The notes beneath the pieces were generated by a model. That model made no database searches. It saw only the letters and a program-made list of their open reading frames with translations, and was not told where the DNA came from. Source: Hormiphora californensis (taxonomy: Eukaryota; Animalia; Ctenophora). From it: a stretch of 64,000 nucleotides of DNA. Positions 27,829 through 40,119 of the stretch are shown piece after piece. Position numbers and translations under genes: made by a program. How positions within the stretch are numbered: the stretch's first letter is position 1; every line of letters starts with the position of its first letter. Where the stretch lies: contig CM035362.1 in the NCBI GenBank assembly GCA_020137815.1, forward strand, positions 2,170,001 through 2,234,000, written 5' to 3'.

Positions 27829-29531
27829 TCACATGATGATGCAGCTAGATTTCCTTTTCTTCACATTCTCCTCAAACTCAGACAGTACATTGCCCTGGAA
27901 AGGGGGAGGTTTAGCTAATCATCGGAGGGGTATTGTTGTTACAGTACTGGGAAGTAAATCTAGCATCATAACGTCCTAGATCCCTGAAAAACACTATTGA
28001 TAATGTTTCACCACGGGTTTTTTTAGACAAAGGTAGGGTTTGCCATAATTTACCTGTGGCATGTAATTGCAGCAAATAAAGGCCTTTTCGTTATCGGTTG
28101 CGATTGCCATACCCATTTTAGTTGTCCCTTTCCAGACAAGTTGGGTGAAATGTCGAGTTTTCTTGCTGAACCCAGGGAACCAGAAGCTATACTTCTTCAC
28201 CTCGCTGTACCTGGTCGGAAACCAGTAAAACTAATATTGTCCAGAACAAGGGCTAAGGAGCAGAAATGTATTTTGTACCGCAAATCAGAGAGGTACTAAG
28301 AAATCGAAGCCACCTCAAAAAATGGAAAATAATATACAGGGTGTTCATATGGGATCTTTACAAGCGTTGGGCTTCACCCAGAAAAAAGTTGACAAGATTA
28401 GGTCATGAAACTTCATACTTGGACTATTCTATAACCTCATTCAAGGTTCCTGGTGTTTCCGGAGCTCTAATACCCCGGGAAGTGTGTTTTTGGCATCAAA
28501 ACTACCAGAAGGAATTTTTTGCTGGTGCCGAGACTTTGCTAGAATGTTTTTTGGGTATTTTCTATGTCAATTCCAAAGTTTCATGATATTTGGATGTGTG
28601 GTTTAGTCACCAACTTCCAAGTAAACTGGCTAGAAAGGCCCAAAAACAGCTCAAAAACGACAAAAATTGATATTTTAGAGTCTTTCCAGGCATTTTTTTC
28701 GAAATTTTGAGTTCATCCAATCATCATGAAACTTTGGAATTGACATAGAAAATACCCAAAAAACATTCTAGCAAAGTCTCAGCACCAGCAAAAAATTCCT
28801 TCTGGTAGTTTTGATGCCAAAAACACACTTCCCGGGGTATTAGAGCTCCGGAAACACCAGGAACCTTGAATGAGGGTATAGAATAGTCCAAGTATGAAGT
28901 TTCATGACCTAATCTTGTCAACTTTTTTCTGGGTGAAGCCCAACGCTTGTAAAGATCCCATATGAACACCCTGTACATAACATGGTATTAATATTAGGAG
29001 ACACTAGCATGGTAAACACAAAATGAGTGCCACCCACCTGTAATTACATGTGAGTGGCGCACATTTTCTTGTGTGTACCATGTTACATTTGCCATTAATT
29101 CCACTATTCTGGGAGGTAAGTGGTATCTTACCAAGTATCAACCGCATCTTCTGCCATCATTTCATCAAACCGTTCCATATATCCCTTGTCCGTATAATAC
29201 ACCCATATATTTTCACCCATATCAACTCTGAAAAAAGAGGGGGACACTTAAAACTTGTTAAAACCCCGGCTCCATTAAAAACGGAGGAGTGGGGATGGGA
29301 GAGGGTCAAAGTCAATTTGAAACTAATAGTTCATGTATCTCAGTTTATTCCAAATAAGCATATTAACCTGTCTGTGCTATACTCGAGTTTGTTGATCCTC
29401 AACATATGCTCCGCCCACTCTTTAGCATGGGCCTCACACCCATTATCCCAAGTTAGGGGTGGTACTTGATGTCGTGCACGGTGGTAATTGTGTTGGTGGA
29501 GTGCTTCAGTTTTAAATGTTAGTATTGTCAT
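27829..29531 (-). CDS. GAPR-1/GLIPR2-like cytosolic CAP protein, 160 aa, C-terminal CaaX
   Basis: Exons 29531-29368, 29227-29132, 28210-28054, 27894-27829 are in frame. HNYHRARHQVPPLTW, GENIW, WYSEV, HFTQLVW, CNYMPQGN; ends VKKRKSSCIIM*. No signal peptide. Confidence 0.9.
28337..28973. mobile_element. Tc1/mariner-type foldback MITE, ~250-bp arms, intronic
   Basis: TA|CAGGGTGTTCATATGGG ... CCCATATGAACACCCTG|TA; mirrored ORFs 28266+ and 28724-. Confidence 0.9.
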
Positions 29532-30063
29532 GCCTTGACCTAAAGTAGACAAAGTTATCTCAATCAGTGGTGTTAAAATTGGGGTCCCTAATAAAGTTAT
29601 GACTTGTCCCCGTAGTCTAAGTCAATTTGACATTGCCAATAAACCCAAACTTAAAAGGTCCTCATGTGGGTTTGAGTCTCAAACTTTGAGAAATTTCCCA
29701 TGATGGGTTAAGAGTCATGAGATTATATCTTTCTGGCAAGTCACAACCTTTTTAGGGACCCTTATGGAGATCATTCAATTAAGTTTTTTTTCTCCAAATT
29801 TTAAATCTCATCCTGTCTGGCGGTGCCGACCCGATCTGGGTGCTCTATCGATAAAATCAAAACGGGGTCTGGCGCCGCCAGACATATCTCTCAAGTGGGG
29901 GAATTTTGAGCTTTTTGGCATACGCTGCAGACTGCAGTCCAGTAAAGAACGGCGCATACTTATTTGCGAAAACGAAAAAAAAAACGCAGAAAAAAAATTT
30001 GTTTCAAGATTGGCAAACGTTGCTGGCCCCCGATAGGTTCTGCGCCACGCGCAGCGCGGGATA

Positions 30064-30445
30064 AGGAACCATAATAAAGTTCAAGAGCCTCCAAGAGCAC
30101 CCAAGAGCGCACCCGATCGAAGAGAGACCACACCTGAGAGCGTACCACACCCAAAAGAGACCACATCCAAGAGCGCACCACCTCAAGAAGACACCACTTC
30201 AAGAGCGCACCACATCAAAGAGAGCTCCCCATCCAGAAGATACCACGCGCAGGGGACACCACGCGCAGAAGAGACCAGCGCGGCGTTGTATTTGCGCGTG
30301 CGGTCTCTTCTGCGCGTGGTGTCCCCTGCGCGCGGTATCTTCTGGATGGGGAGCTCTCTTTGATGTGGTGCGCTCTTGAAGTGGTGTCTTTTGGAGGTGG
30401 TACGCTCTTGGATGGGGTGCGCTCTTGAACTTTATTATGGTTCCT
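30064..30445. mobile_element. Palindromic MITE with internal AAGAGCGCACCAC repeats
   Basis: TA|AGGAACCATAATAAAGTTCAAGAGC ... GCTCTTGAACTTTATTATGGTTCCT|TA; the inner ~100-bp arms are near-perfect. Confidence 0.8.
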
Positions 30446-30469
30446 TAAATATAAGGCAGCGCTTTTCAA

Positions 30470-31379
30470 TTTCAAGAAAACGAAAAACGCGAAAAAAACG
30501 AAAAACGCGAATTTGAAAAACTTGAACTATCGCGCGCGCTGCGCGGCGGAGAAATGCAATGAACAAACTATATGACAGCGCTTTCCATCAAATCGCAAAT
30601 ATTATCATTGGCAAACCTCGAGAAACAGCTGCGTGAATGTAAAGAAGAACTTGACCGCCATCGGGTTAACGTAATCGAGCTTCAGCAAACGGTTATCAAC
30701 CACCAGAAGCAACAACTCAGTACAGTGACAGCATCGGTGCAGAAGGTGAAAGCCTACTCTACTGTGCTAGCACAGAATTGTGCTGCAACCTCCCCCAAAG
30801 TGGGAAAACCACTACCAGTGAATCATCCTACTCCCGTCCAACAGCCCGGAAGAGAGAAGAACATGGTTGTGTTTGGTCTCCCAGAAACAACCGATAGAGT
30901 AGCTAAAACTACTTTAGACGAACTTTTTGAGGAATTAAATGAGAAACCGAAAGTGACTACGATGAAACGCATCGGCGAAAAAAATGAGAAGCGCCCTAGA
31001 CCGCTCTTAGTATCCCTGGAGAAGAGAGCGACTCTCCTCGCACTCCTCAGAAAGGCACGAAACCTCAAAGACTCCAAACAGTTTTCGGCTGTTTATCTCT
31101 CTCCGGATCTTACGCCCTCTGAACTGAAAGAGCAAAAAGCTCTAAGGTCCACTTTGAAGCGGATACGATCAGAAGATCCTGACGGCTGCTACTTCATCCG
31201 TAATAATCTTATCCAAGTGGGATAGTTCCCCACTAACTCACCGTTATCAGAGAACCGTGCTAGGAGCAGGCAGTCTACTGCAGTCCCTTTCAAATTAAGG
31301 AAAACGAGTTGTCTGTATACAAACTGTGTCAGTGCGGGATATAAACTGTCATTTTTATTATTTATTATTTAAATGCGGG
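30470..31379 (+). mobile_element. Non-LTR retrotransposon (CR1/L2-like) remnant: 5' leader, ORF1 and first codons of ORF2
   Basis: ORF1 30572-31225, followed by SCLYTNCVSAGYKL (~31305-31350), which resembles the CLYTNARS..NK start of CR1-type APE domains. A 19-bp direct repeat lies at 30451-30469 and 31380-31398. Confidence 0.7.
30572..31225 (+). CDS. LINE ORF1p-like protein (coiled coil + RRM-like), 217 aa
   Basis: N-terminal heptads; REKNMVVFGLPE...RIGE..RPRPLLV...VYLSPDLT, typical of CR1/L2/L1 ORF1 proteins. Confidence 0.75.
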   Translation: MTALSIKSQILSLANLEKQLRECKEELDRHRVNVIELQQTVINHQKQQLSTVTASVQKVKAYSTVLAQNCAATSPKVGKPLPVNHPTPVQQPGREKNMVVFGLPETTDRVAKTTLDELFEELNEKPKVTTMKRIGEKNEKRPRPLLVSLEKRATLLALLRKARNLKDSKQFSAVYLSPDLTPSELKEQKALRSTLKRIRSEDPDGCYFIRNNLIQVG

Positions 31380-31406
31380 ATAAGGCAGCGCTTTTCAAAT
31401 ATTATC

Positions 31407-31838
31407 CTGTCTCTGTCTCTGTCTCTGTCTCTGTCTCTGTCTCTGTCTCTGTCTCTGTCTCTGTCTCTGTCTCTGTCTCTGTCTCTGTCTCTGTCTCTGT
31501 CTCTGTCTCTGTCTCTGTCTCTGTCTCTGTCTCTGTCTCTGTCTCTGTCTCTGTCTCTGTCTCTGTCTCTGTCTCTGTCTCTGTCTCTGTCTCTGTCTCT
31601 GTCTCTGTCTCTGTCTCTGTCTCTGTCTCTGTCTCTGTCTCTGTCTCTGTCTCTGTCTCTGTCTCTGCTCCCTGCTCCCTGCTCCCTGCTCCCTGCTCCC
31701 TGCTCCCTGCTCCCTGCTCCCTGCTCCCTGCTCCCTGCTCCCTGCTCCCTGCTCCCTGCTCCCTGCTCCCTGCTCCCTGCTCCCTGCTCCCTGCTCCCTG
31801 CTCCCTGCTCCCTGCTCCCTGCTCCCTGCTCCCTGCTC
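31407..31838. repeat. Compound microsatellite (CTGTCT)n then (GCTCCCT)n
   Basis: Read directly; the switch is at ~31666. Confidence 0.95.
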
Positions 31839-32493
31839 GATCTCCCCTTATGCATAGGTTATGTTTTATCTGGACCGGTTTTAGTTGCCATGCAACGTAG
31901 TCTGTTCATTCGGGCTCCGGTAAGCTTCGGCCCGGTGTGAGAGCTGACAGACTGGGAATATATCAAGTTTTTCGGGGATATTGGTTTATTTTAAGGGGGG
32001 TGGGACTGGTTTAGTGGTTTAGTTTTGGGTCGGGGGCCTTGCAAGGCCTTGCCAGGCTCCAAACACAAATAGAAATGCATAATTTTATTAAGTCAAATAT
32101 AATAAAGATGTGAAACGTGATCGCCAATATCATAATATCACTTGCAATTTCTGATGCTTATACCCAGAAATGTACAACAAAAAATACACACAAAAACATT
32201 CATATATTCACACACACATGCACACACACGTCATATATCAATGGTATCTGATTCAGCATTGAAAAAGCACAGTAAGGCCATCACCGCCTAATTGTAAGTC
32301 ATCATGGTATTGTACAATTGAATTCATTACATTATTAACAATCCGAACAAATCAATACGGTTTTATTATGACTCTCGTAACGTTTTTAACACTTTTATAA
32401 ATCTTTTATTTAGTTTTGTACAATAGCACTGAGCTGTGGGGGGTTATAAATGGAGTAATCTCGATTACAATATATCGGAAACAATATCTGAGT

Positions 32494-35400
32494 TTATTCG
32501 TATTCCTCTTCATCTCCCTCCATACCGGCTTCCTCACCCTCATAAGTATCATCAATACCACACTCCTGCAGAGTTGATATTAGCACTGACCATAGCTGCA
32601 CTGACAAGTGCCCAAAAGCCCCATAATATGGTCATAGTGACCCAATGGAGGTCTAAAACAATGCTACTCTTGCCATATATAGCGACCAAAGGGGGTCTAC
32701 AGCAATTACATGGTTACCATGGCGACCAAAGGGGGTCTACATGACAACGTACCTGGTATTGCTGGTACTCGCTGATGATGTCAGTAATGTCGCTCTCGGC
32801 TTCATTGAACTCCATCTCGTCCATACCCTCACCAGTGTACAAGTGCAGGAAGACCTAAAGAGGAGAAATATCAGTGCCCGATAAATAAAAATGAACTATG
32901 GAAAAAAAGAAGTATCGAACTGGTGTCTGTCCTAGTATAATAGGGGCAAACTTTTCAACCTACCTTTCGCCTGAACATGCTCGTGAACTGCTCGTGAATC
33001 CTCTTGAAGAGCTCCTGCATGGCGGTGCTGTTTCCGATGAAGGTTCCACTGAGGTCGTAGCCGGGGGGAGGGACGTTACAGACGGCGGTCTTAACGTTAC
33101 TCGGGATCCACTCGACAAAGTAGGCAGAGTTCTTGTTCTGGATATTCAACATCTGTTCATCGACATCCTGTATTGAACATATGGTTATGCTATATGCTTT
33201 CATCTAAAAAGCGGACAGGTTCGACAAGTGGTTTCTGTTTTCTACTTGATAAAAGCGGTTGCCATGGGCGTGAACCCTGTTGCCATGGTCCCGGGACACT
33301 TACCTTGGTGGAGCATTTTCCTCGGAACATGGCAGCGCAGGTGAGGTATCGGCCGTGTCGGGGATCACAGGACACCATCATGTTCTTGCTGTCAAACATC
33401 TGGTTGGTGATCTCAGCAACGGAGGCAGCCTGATAAATGGAATTGTTAATATATCACTCAATTCAGTGCACCAAGCTGCATGGTATGCATAACAGTCAAC
33501 TCTCGATTTTTTTCCCGGGAAAATTGGTCTCGAAACAGTGAAGCGGTAAATCGAAGCGGTAAATCGAGAGGCACGGTGACGGGGAGGGGCCACTATGGTT
33601 ACTATGCTTCGCAGTCTGTCTTTCGAGGCTCGTAAGCTCGCACCGGGTATTATATATGAGAGCCGACAGACTGGGAACATGTTAACACTGGGGGCCTCCA
33701 GAGAGAGATACGGTAATATAATCGAGAGCTGACTGCAGCAATGCCTACTTTGTTTTCACCCATTTGACTGTTACGCCTACCAAACTGGTAACAAGTTACA
33801 GCTCCAGAATTACCCTAACAAAAATCAGAATGATAATGTCGAGCACGGATAATTAAAGGATATAGATACCTGTCTGGCTGCGCCGACCCGATCTGATCGA
33901 TCTGAGAATCAAAACCAGGTCTGGAAACGCCAGACAGATAAATTTACAATTAAACCTCGATTTACCACACACTCCATGCAGCTGAGACGCGGTTCGAACA
34001 CCGGTAAATCATGGTTTAACTGGGTATATTGAGAGGTGATTTACCTTGTAACCCTTGTTTCCGGAGGAGCTGAGGGGAGCGAATCCGGACATGAAGAAAT
34101 GAAGTCGGGGGAAGGGAACCATGTTGACAGCAAGTTTCCTCAAATCAGCATTCAGCTGTCCGGGGAACCTGACATGGAGAGACAATTGTAAATTTATCCT
34201 CCAGTGGACATGTGATATCATAACATAATGCAGTTTAAACTATAATTTTTCTTTTTTTAATAACCCGAATATAACCTGAACACAGGCCTGTATAAACCCT
34301 GAATATATTTTTATACAACTGTTGATCAGTTCCTTATTATACCTGAGGCAGGTAGTAATTCCGCTCATGATAGTAGAGACAAGATGGTTCAGGTCACCGT
34401 AGCTGGGGCTCTTCAGTTTCAACGTATTGTGGCAGATGTTGTAGAGGGCCTCGTTGTCGATGACGTAGCACTCATCGGTGTTCTCAACGAGCTGATGGAA
34501 GGAGAGGGCGGCGTTGTAGGGTTCCACAATCGTCTCGGAAACCTTGGGAGATGGTGCCACGGAGAAAGAGCAGACAATCCTGGCAGGGGAGGGATGAGTT
34601 TTAGTTTTTAATTTCAGTTCTAGTTTCTAATTAAATCAGTTCTTATATCTAATTAAAATCAAGATTACATGCAGTCGCTTTGCCTTTAGTTTTATCCCAC
34701 ATACATGTCAAATACATTGGGTTAATTAATGTTAGTAATTAAGTGCTTACCTGTCAGGGTATTCCTCTCGGACTCGTTTTAGGAGGAGAGTTCCCATTCC
34801 GGATCCAGTGCCACCTCCAAGAGAGTGGGTCAGCTGGAATCCTTGCAGACAATCAACAGCCTCGGACTCCTTTCGAATCACTTCAAATACCTGAAGATAT
34901 TTTACAATTAATATTTTGTCAGGGGGTCCCTTGCACCTCTCGCAGCAACTCTCCTGTGACTTTTCAGTTGACAAAAAACGATTTAAGATTATAAATTGTG
35001 GTAGTTGTGGAACGATTAATGTTACCTGATCGACTAATTCAGCTCCCTCAGTGTAGTGACCCTTGGCCCAGTTGTTACCCGCTCCTGATTGTCCGAAGAC
35101 AAAGTTGTCTGGTCGGAAGAGGGCACCATACTTGCTGCTCTTGATGGAGTCCAGGACAGCGGGCTCCAGATCAACCAGGACAGCCCTAGGTACGTATTTT
35201 CCACCCTAGGAAGAAAACATTGCTAATTATCAATCTGTGAGTACAGTCAAACCTCGAGTTGACTGATCAGTCCGATAAATCGAGGTTTGACTGCTTCCAT
35301 AATAAAAATATCTCATAATTAGTCAAGTAATAAAATGTTTAACTAATTAAGTTTTATACCTGGATTTCATTGTAGTAGACGTTAATCTTTTCTAACAGGA

Positions 35401-35739
35401 CATCGTTATCACCAGCGAAGGTTCCATCGGTAGCGATCTGGTGCTCTGAAATAAAAATACAATTAGCTGCTTTTACACTCTGGTTTTATACCTGGTTTTA
35501 TAATGGCTTCACCGGGTATAACTGTGTTGACTGACGGTACAACTATTCAGGAGCAACTTCAACTAATTTAAAATGTTTGCTTATGATAAGCAGCTTATCA
35601 CTATTGGAATTGATTACTTTCTCATCCACGCGGTAAGTGTTAAAGCAGTTGACTTACCAAGACTGACAGTCTCCCAGAAGGCAAGACCAATCTGGTTTCC
35701 GCACTGTCCAGTTTGGATGTGAACGATCTCCCTCACCAT
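32494..35739 (-). CDS. TUBB: Divergent beta-tubulin, ~10 exons
   Basis: [18 protein letters not shown]; [17 protein letters not shown]; GGGTGSGMG; [25 protein letters not shown]; YFVEWIP; acidic tail ...GDEEEYE*. Confidence 0.95.
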
Positions 35740-37376
35740 CTTGGATTCAACTAATAATTAGTATTAATTATAATGTAGATCTACGACTCGAGTCGTCGGA
35801 TTAATTGTAATTGAGTCACCGGCCAAGCCTAGCAAAGCACTAAAGCAGTGACGGTGAGATCGTTTTCAAAGCAGTGCTATTATAGGCATTTTTAGCAGGA
35901 CAAAGGGTTACACTACAGCAGTAATTATTCGTAAATTCAAAGGTTTTAGAATTTAGGATTTGAGGTTGTACTGAGACACGGTCGCATGCTAAAATTAGTG
36001 CTGTGTGGAGCACATAAACCAGAGAACCACAAAAAGGAAACAAATACCGGCTTGAAATTTTTTCTCTTCCTCCTTTTCTCTCTCCACCGCTAGCAAAGCG
36101 GACAATTAAGTTTGCCGGTCCCCTAACCTGATTAACTATTTTTGTAACATTACAACTACACATACACGTGTTATACCAGTTCCCGGCCCTCCAATTAAGT
36201 GACTTAATGGCACCTCTCGATGCAATTGTAGGGAGAGAAGTGCAATATGTTATAGGGCTGATCTGGCGCCGGTATTATAATCAATTAAAAAATTTGGGAG
36301 GCAATAAATTTCGGCAAAACGTTGACATCACATACAGCTTGGTGATGTCAATGTTTTGACTAAAATTAGGAAAATTATTTCAATTGTAAGATGTCAGGTT
36401 CTCGTCATGTTCTGACTGTTTCACGAACGCGTTATTTCGTGAAACAGTCATAACTGCAGTCAACCCGTCTGTGGGTAATAACCACTATACGGTCATTATC
36501 CTATGTTAGAAACAAATATGCGTACATGCAGAACTATGCAGTTGTAAACTTTCCTATTTGAAGACATGAGAGGATGAGGAGGACAAAAAGTGAAGCAGGG
36601 GAAGTGCAGCACTATTTGGTATTATGGTGTTTCTATCGACATGCTATATCGGAGAGTGCAAGTGGAGACACTTTTATCTTCAAAATGACATGAACAAGAC
36701 AGGTTTCTACATAAGCTGGTCGTATGAATAAACGATACTGTAAGATGTAAGTAAGTTTTTGGACAGCATAATCTTTTAAAAAGCATCCAATAATTTTCCC
36801 GATTTCTCTGGCCTGGTAGTAACTTGGCTTTTTGAGGTAAGAACCCGATTGAGAATTTAAACTATTTCGGAATTATTGATTTAACTTTTTAACAAACTTT
36901 AAATTAAGAATTAACAGTTTAGGTTCCCCTAGTTTTAAAAAACCCAAAAAAGTGCCTATTAAGTCCGAAAAAAAGAATTGTGAGTTGCGTGCTAAGTCGA
37001 TAACATGGTCAAACGGATGGGCGAGATAACCAACAAGTTGCTAGAGCGTTGCACAATATAATAGTATTTACTCGGGCACCACTAGCGGCCTCTTACTATT
37101 ACACACATACCGGAACCAACATCCTGGTTCGGCCAATGAATGGCGAACTTGATGATCACGTGACACAACTTTGGTCCAGTCAAGGGAGCACGTGTTGCGC
37201 CAGTGTTGCACCACGTGCATCTAGAGCCAATGACGGTTCTGTTAGAAGCACAACAAGCTCACACATGTGAGATAGAAACCTGCTTTTGTATGGTACGTGC
37301 AGCAGCATCTAGGGAGGGTGAGAGAGAGGGAGGGGAGGGAGGGTGAGAGAGAGAGAGAGGGAGAGGAGAGAGAGAG

Positions 37377-37459
<83 letters not shown>

Positions 37460-38406
37460 AAAGGGAAGACGGTTCGATATGGGAGGAGAGAGACGGTGGG
37501 TGAGAAGCTAAGGGGCCACGAGTGGAGCAGAATTGTAGGCTAGAGGAAGGAAGGTTTAGAGGAAAAGAAAATAAAGGCTAATTAGCGCTAGCGTTCACGT
37601 CGAAATTTTGAAGTAACGCGGCGTACAAGTGTAGAATTTACTGGTATGGAAGAAGTGGTGTGATGCAAAAAGTTAGTTCAGAAATATGACGTTGAATATA
37701 CCGACTAGAAGATTGGCATAATTGTGTGCAGATACACTAAGGTGAATAACAGTCAGTTGGCTAGATTTAATGAGGTATTGAGGTAATGAGGAAACATGTA
37801 ATCTGAAGGGAACCAGCGTGATATTGTGGAGATATTTCCCGGTAAAGAAAGTTGGGAAAACTTATTCCAAATTCAAACTGTCAGTTTATTCCGATCCATC
37901 ATGGCGGTAGCTCTCAGAACGGGAGAAGATCAATTGCTCTTTAACGCGCGATAATTAGACTAATTAACGATGGTGGTGCTGACAGGTCTCTTGAGAAAAA
38001 TAAAGAGTTTAGTTGTAGTTGTTTCTCAAGCAGTTGTACCAAAAAATAAAGTCTGTACAGAACAAACATATGTTCGCACTACTCCTTGAAAATATAATTT
38101 ACTTGTTGATTTATCTATTTTATTTATTTGTTTTGTTTATTTTTCAATGGTGATTGTAATAAAGGGCGTGGCCCTTCTTCATCGATTGAGGCTGGGAGCT
38201 GAAAGAATCGAGAGAGAAAGGGGGAGAGAGAGAGAGGGAGAGAGAGATCAGAGAGATGGTCAGATGGGCTTAGTTATGTCGTTTATATCGGTTTTCCAAT
38301 TACTTTCAACAACATACCTCGCCCCTCTGGTGTTAGCTTCTGCAAATCACAGTTATTAGCTGCACGTGCAACCCAATTGAATCGATTGAACTAGGGATTC
38401 GAGGAG

Positions 38407-38415
38407 TATATAAAA
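38407..38415 (+). promoter_or_regulatory. TATA box
   Basis: TATATAAAA ~45 bp upstream of a signal-peptide ATG (38457); CCAAT at ~38373. Confidence 0.5.
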
Positions 38416-38456
38416 CAAGCTGGCTTGCAGTAGTTGTTAACACAGTCACAGTTGTA

Positions 38457-40119
38457 ATGTTGTCAATCCGGCTCTTGCTGCTACTAATCGGTGTCCTGAC
38501 TACATCCATCATGGTGAGACAGATTTTAATCTACCCCTGAACCCCTTTTCAGGACCTTTCTGAGCATTGGCCTCAGGCCTGACAGTTCAGGACTGTCTGG
38601 CTACGCCGGGTTGATGCTTCACCGCCCAGTCCCCCAAGGGTTGATGCTTCCCCTCCCAGTCCTCCAAGGATTGATGCTTCCCATCCCAGTCCCCCAAGGG
38701 TTGATGCTTCCCCTCCCAGTCCTCCAAGGATTGATGCTTCCCCTCCCAGTCCCCCAAGGGTTGATGCTTTCCCTCCCAGTCACCCAAGGGTTAATGCTTC
38801 CCCTCCCAGTCACCCAAGGGTTGATGCTTCCCCTCCCAGTCCTCCAATTAGGGTTGATGCTTCCCCTCCCAGTCCCCCAAGGGTTGATGCTTATCATCCC
38901 AGTCCCCCAAGGGTTGATGCTTCCCCTCCCAGTTCCCCAAGGGTTAATGCTTCCTCTCCCAGTCCCCCAAGGGTTGATGCTTCCCCTCCCAGTCCTCCAA
39001 GGGTTGATGCTTCCCCTCCCAGTCCCCCAAGGGTTGATGCTTCCCTCCCAGTCCCCCAAGGGTTGATGCTTCCCCTCCCAGTCCTCCAAGGCCGGGTTGA
39101 TGCTTCCCCTCCCAGTCCCCCAAGGGTTGATGCTTCCCCTCCCAGTCCCTCCAAGGGTTGATGCTTCCCCTCCCAGTCACCCAAGGGTTGATGCTCGCCC
39201 TCCCAGTCCTCCAAGGGTTGATGCTTAACCAACCCTTCTCCCCTGCCCTTTCTACTTTTCTGCGGCGGTATAGCCCTCGCTCCTCATGGCAGCCAATATA
39301 GCCAACAAAAGTAAATTCCGGTCCTAAGACCTAATACTTGTATCACAGATCACTAACTGATTGGCCTCGAAATTAAAGTGGTTTTCGTCCATGGCAACCG
39401 CTCTTATCAATTTAAATCAAATCAAGTGTATAATATGCAGGGTTTACATTACAAATGTAGCGATTGGTAGGGGACGTAGGCGCAATTGGCATTAGGAAAA
39501 CTCAGCTCAGCTGAATTCGTAATGAGTGTAGTTTGATCAATATTCATTTTTTGCTAAGGTCCAATTGTCATCTCTGTAACAGTGTACATGTCACTGGTCA
39601 CAGTACACAGTGTCTCTCTCGTGTTTCAATTTCTAGGTCACCTGTCTTGAAACTTCATCTATAATGCCTTGGAATTGGAATTTCACTAAAATATTCAAAA
39701 ATGGGGGGGGGGATCCTCAGAAATACCGTACAAATTACTTCATTAGCACTGACATTCAAAATTCCATTCAATATTCTCCAACTGCAGGGAAGACGAATGG
39801 GTGGACTGAACTTGAAGCTCGATCAGGACGAAGCCGAGGTGGGAGGTGGACTTACCATCTTTCGGATCAGAAAATGAGGTAGGGCATTAATTGGTCGGGA
39901 TAATAGTAAATCTAGATCAGCCTCTGATATCGGTGAACCTGTGTAACTTTCAATACTTACTCTGTTATTATAGACCCCCATTTGTCACCAAATGGAAACA
40001 ATGGGCGATCCCTCCTCTTTTTATTTTAAACTACTTATTTTTTACAGGATTCAGGAGTTATGTCGACTAATACTGAAGAAGAGGCTTTTTATTACAACTT
40101 CGTGAACCCTGGACATTAG
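38457..40119 (+). CDS. Small secreted peptide precursor candidate (~59 aa, 3 exons)
   Basis: 38457-38513 MLSIRLLLLLIGVLTTSIM|GTGAG; 39788-39838 GRRMGGLNLKLDQDEAE; 40048-40119 DSGVMSTNTEEEAFYYNFVNPGH*. If the 39839 donor is not used, exon 2 ends ...VGGGLTIFRIRK*. Confidence 0.5.
38608..39226. repeat. 30-bp minisatellite (~20 copies), intronic
   Basis: Unit GGGTTGATGCTTCCCCTCCCAGTCCCCCAA, with occasional indels that break the frame. Confidence 0.9.

Noticed and set aside
31326-31940. SLSL/RDRD/APCSLL ORFs
   Set aside because: Microsatellite translations.
38587-39232. GLMLPLPVPQ / GRGSINPW repeat ORFs
   Set aside because: A 30-bp minisatellite with frame-breaking indels, open on both strands.
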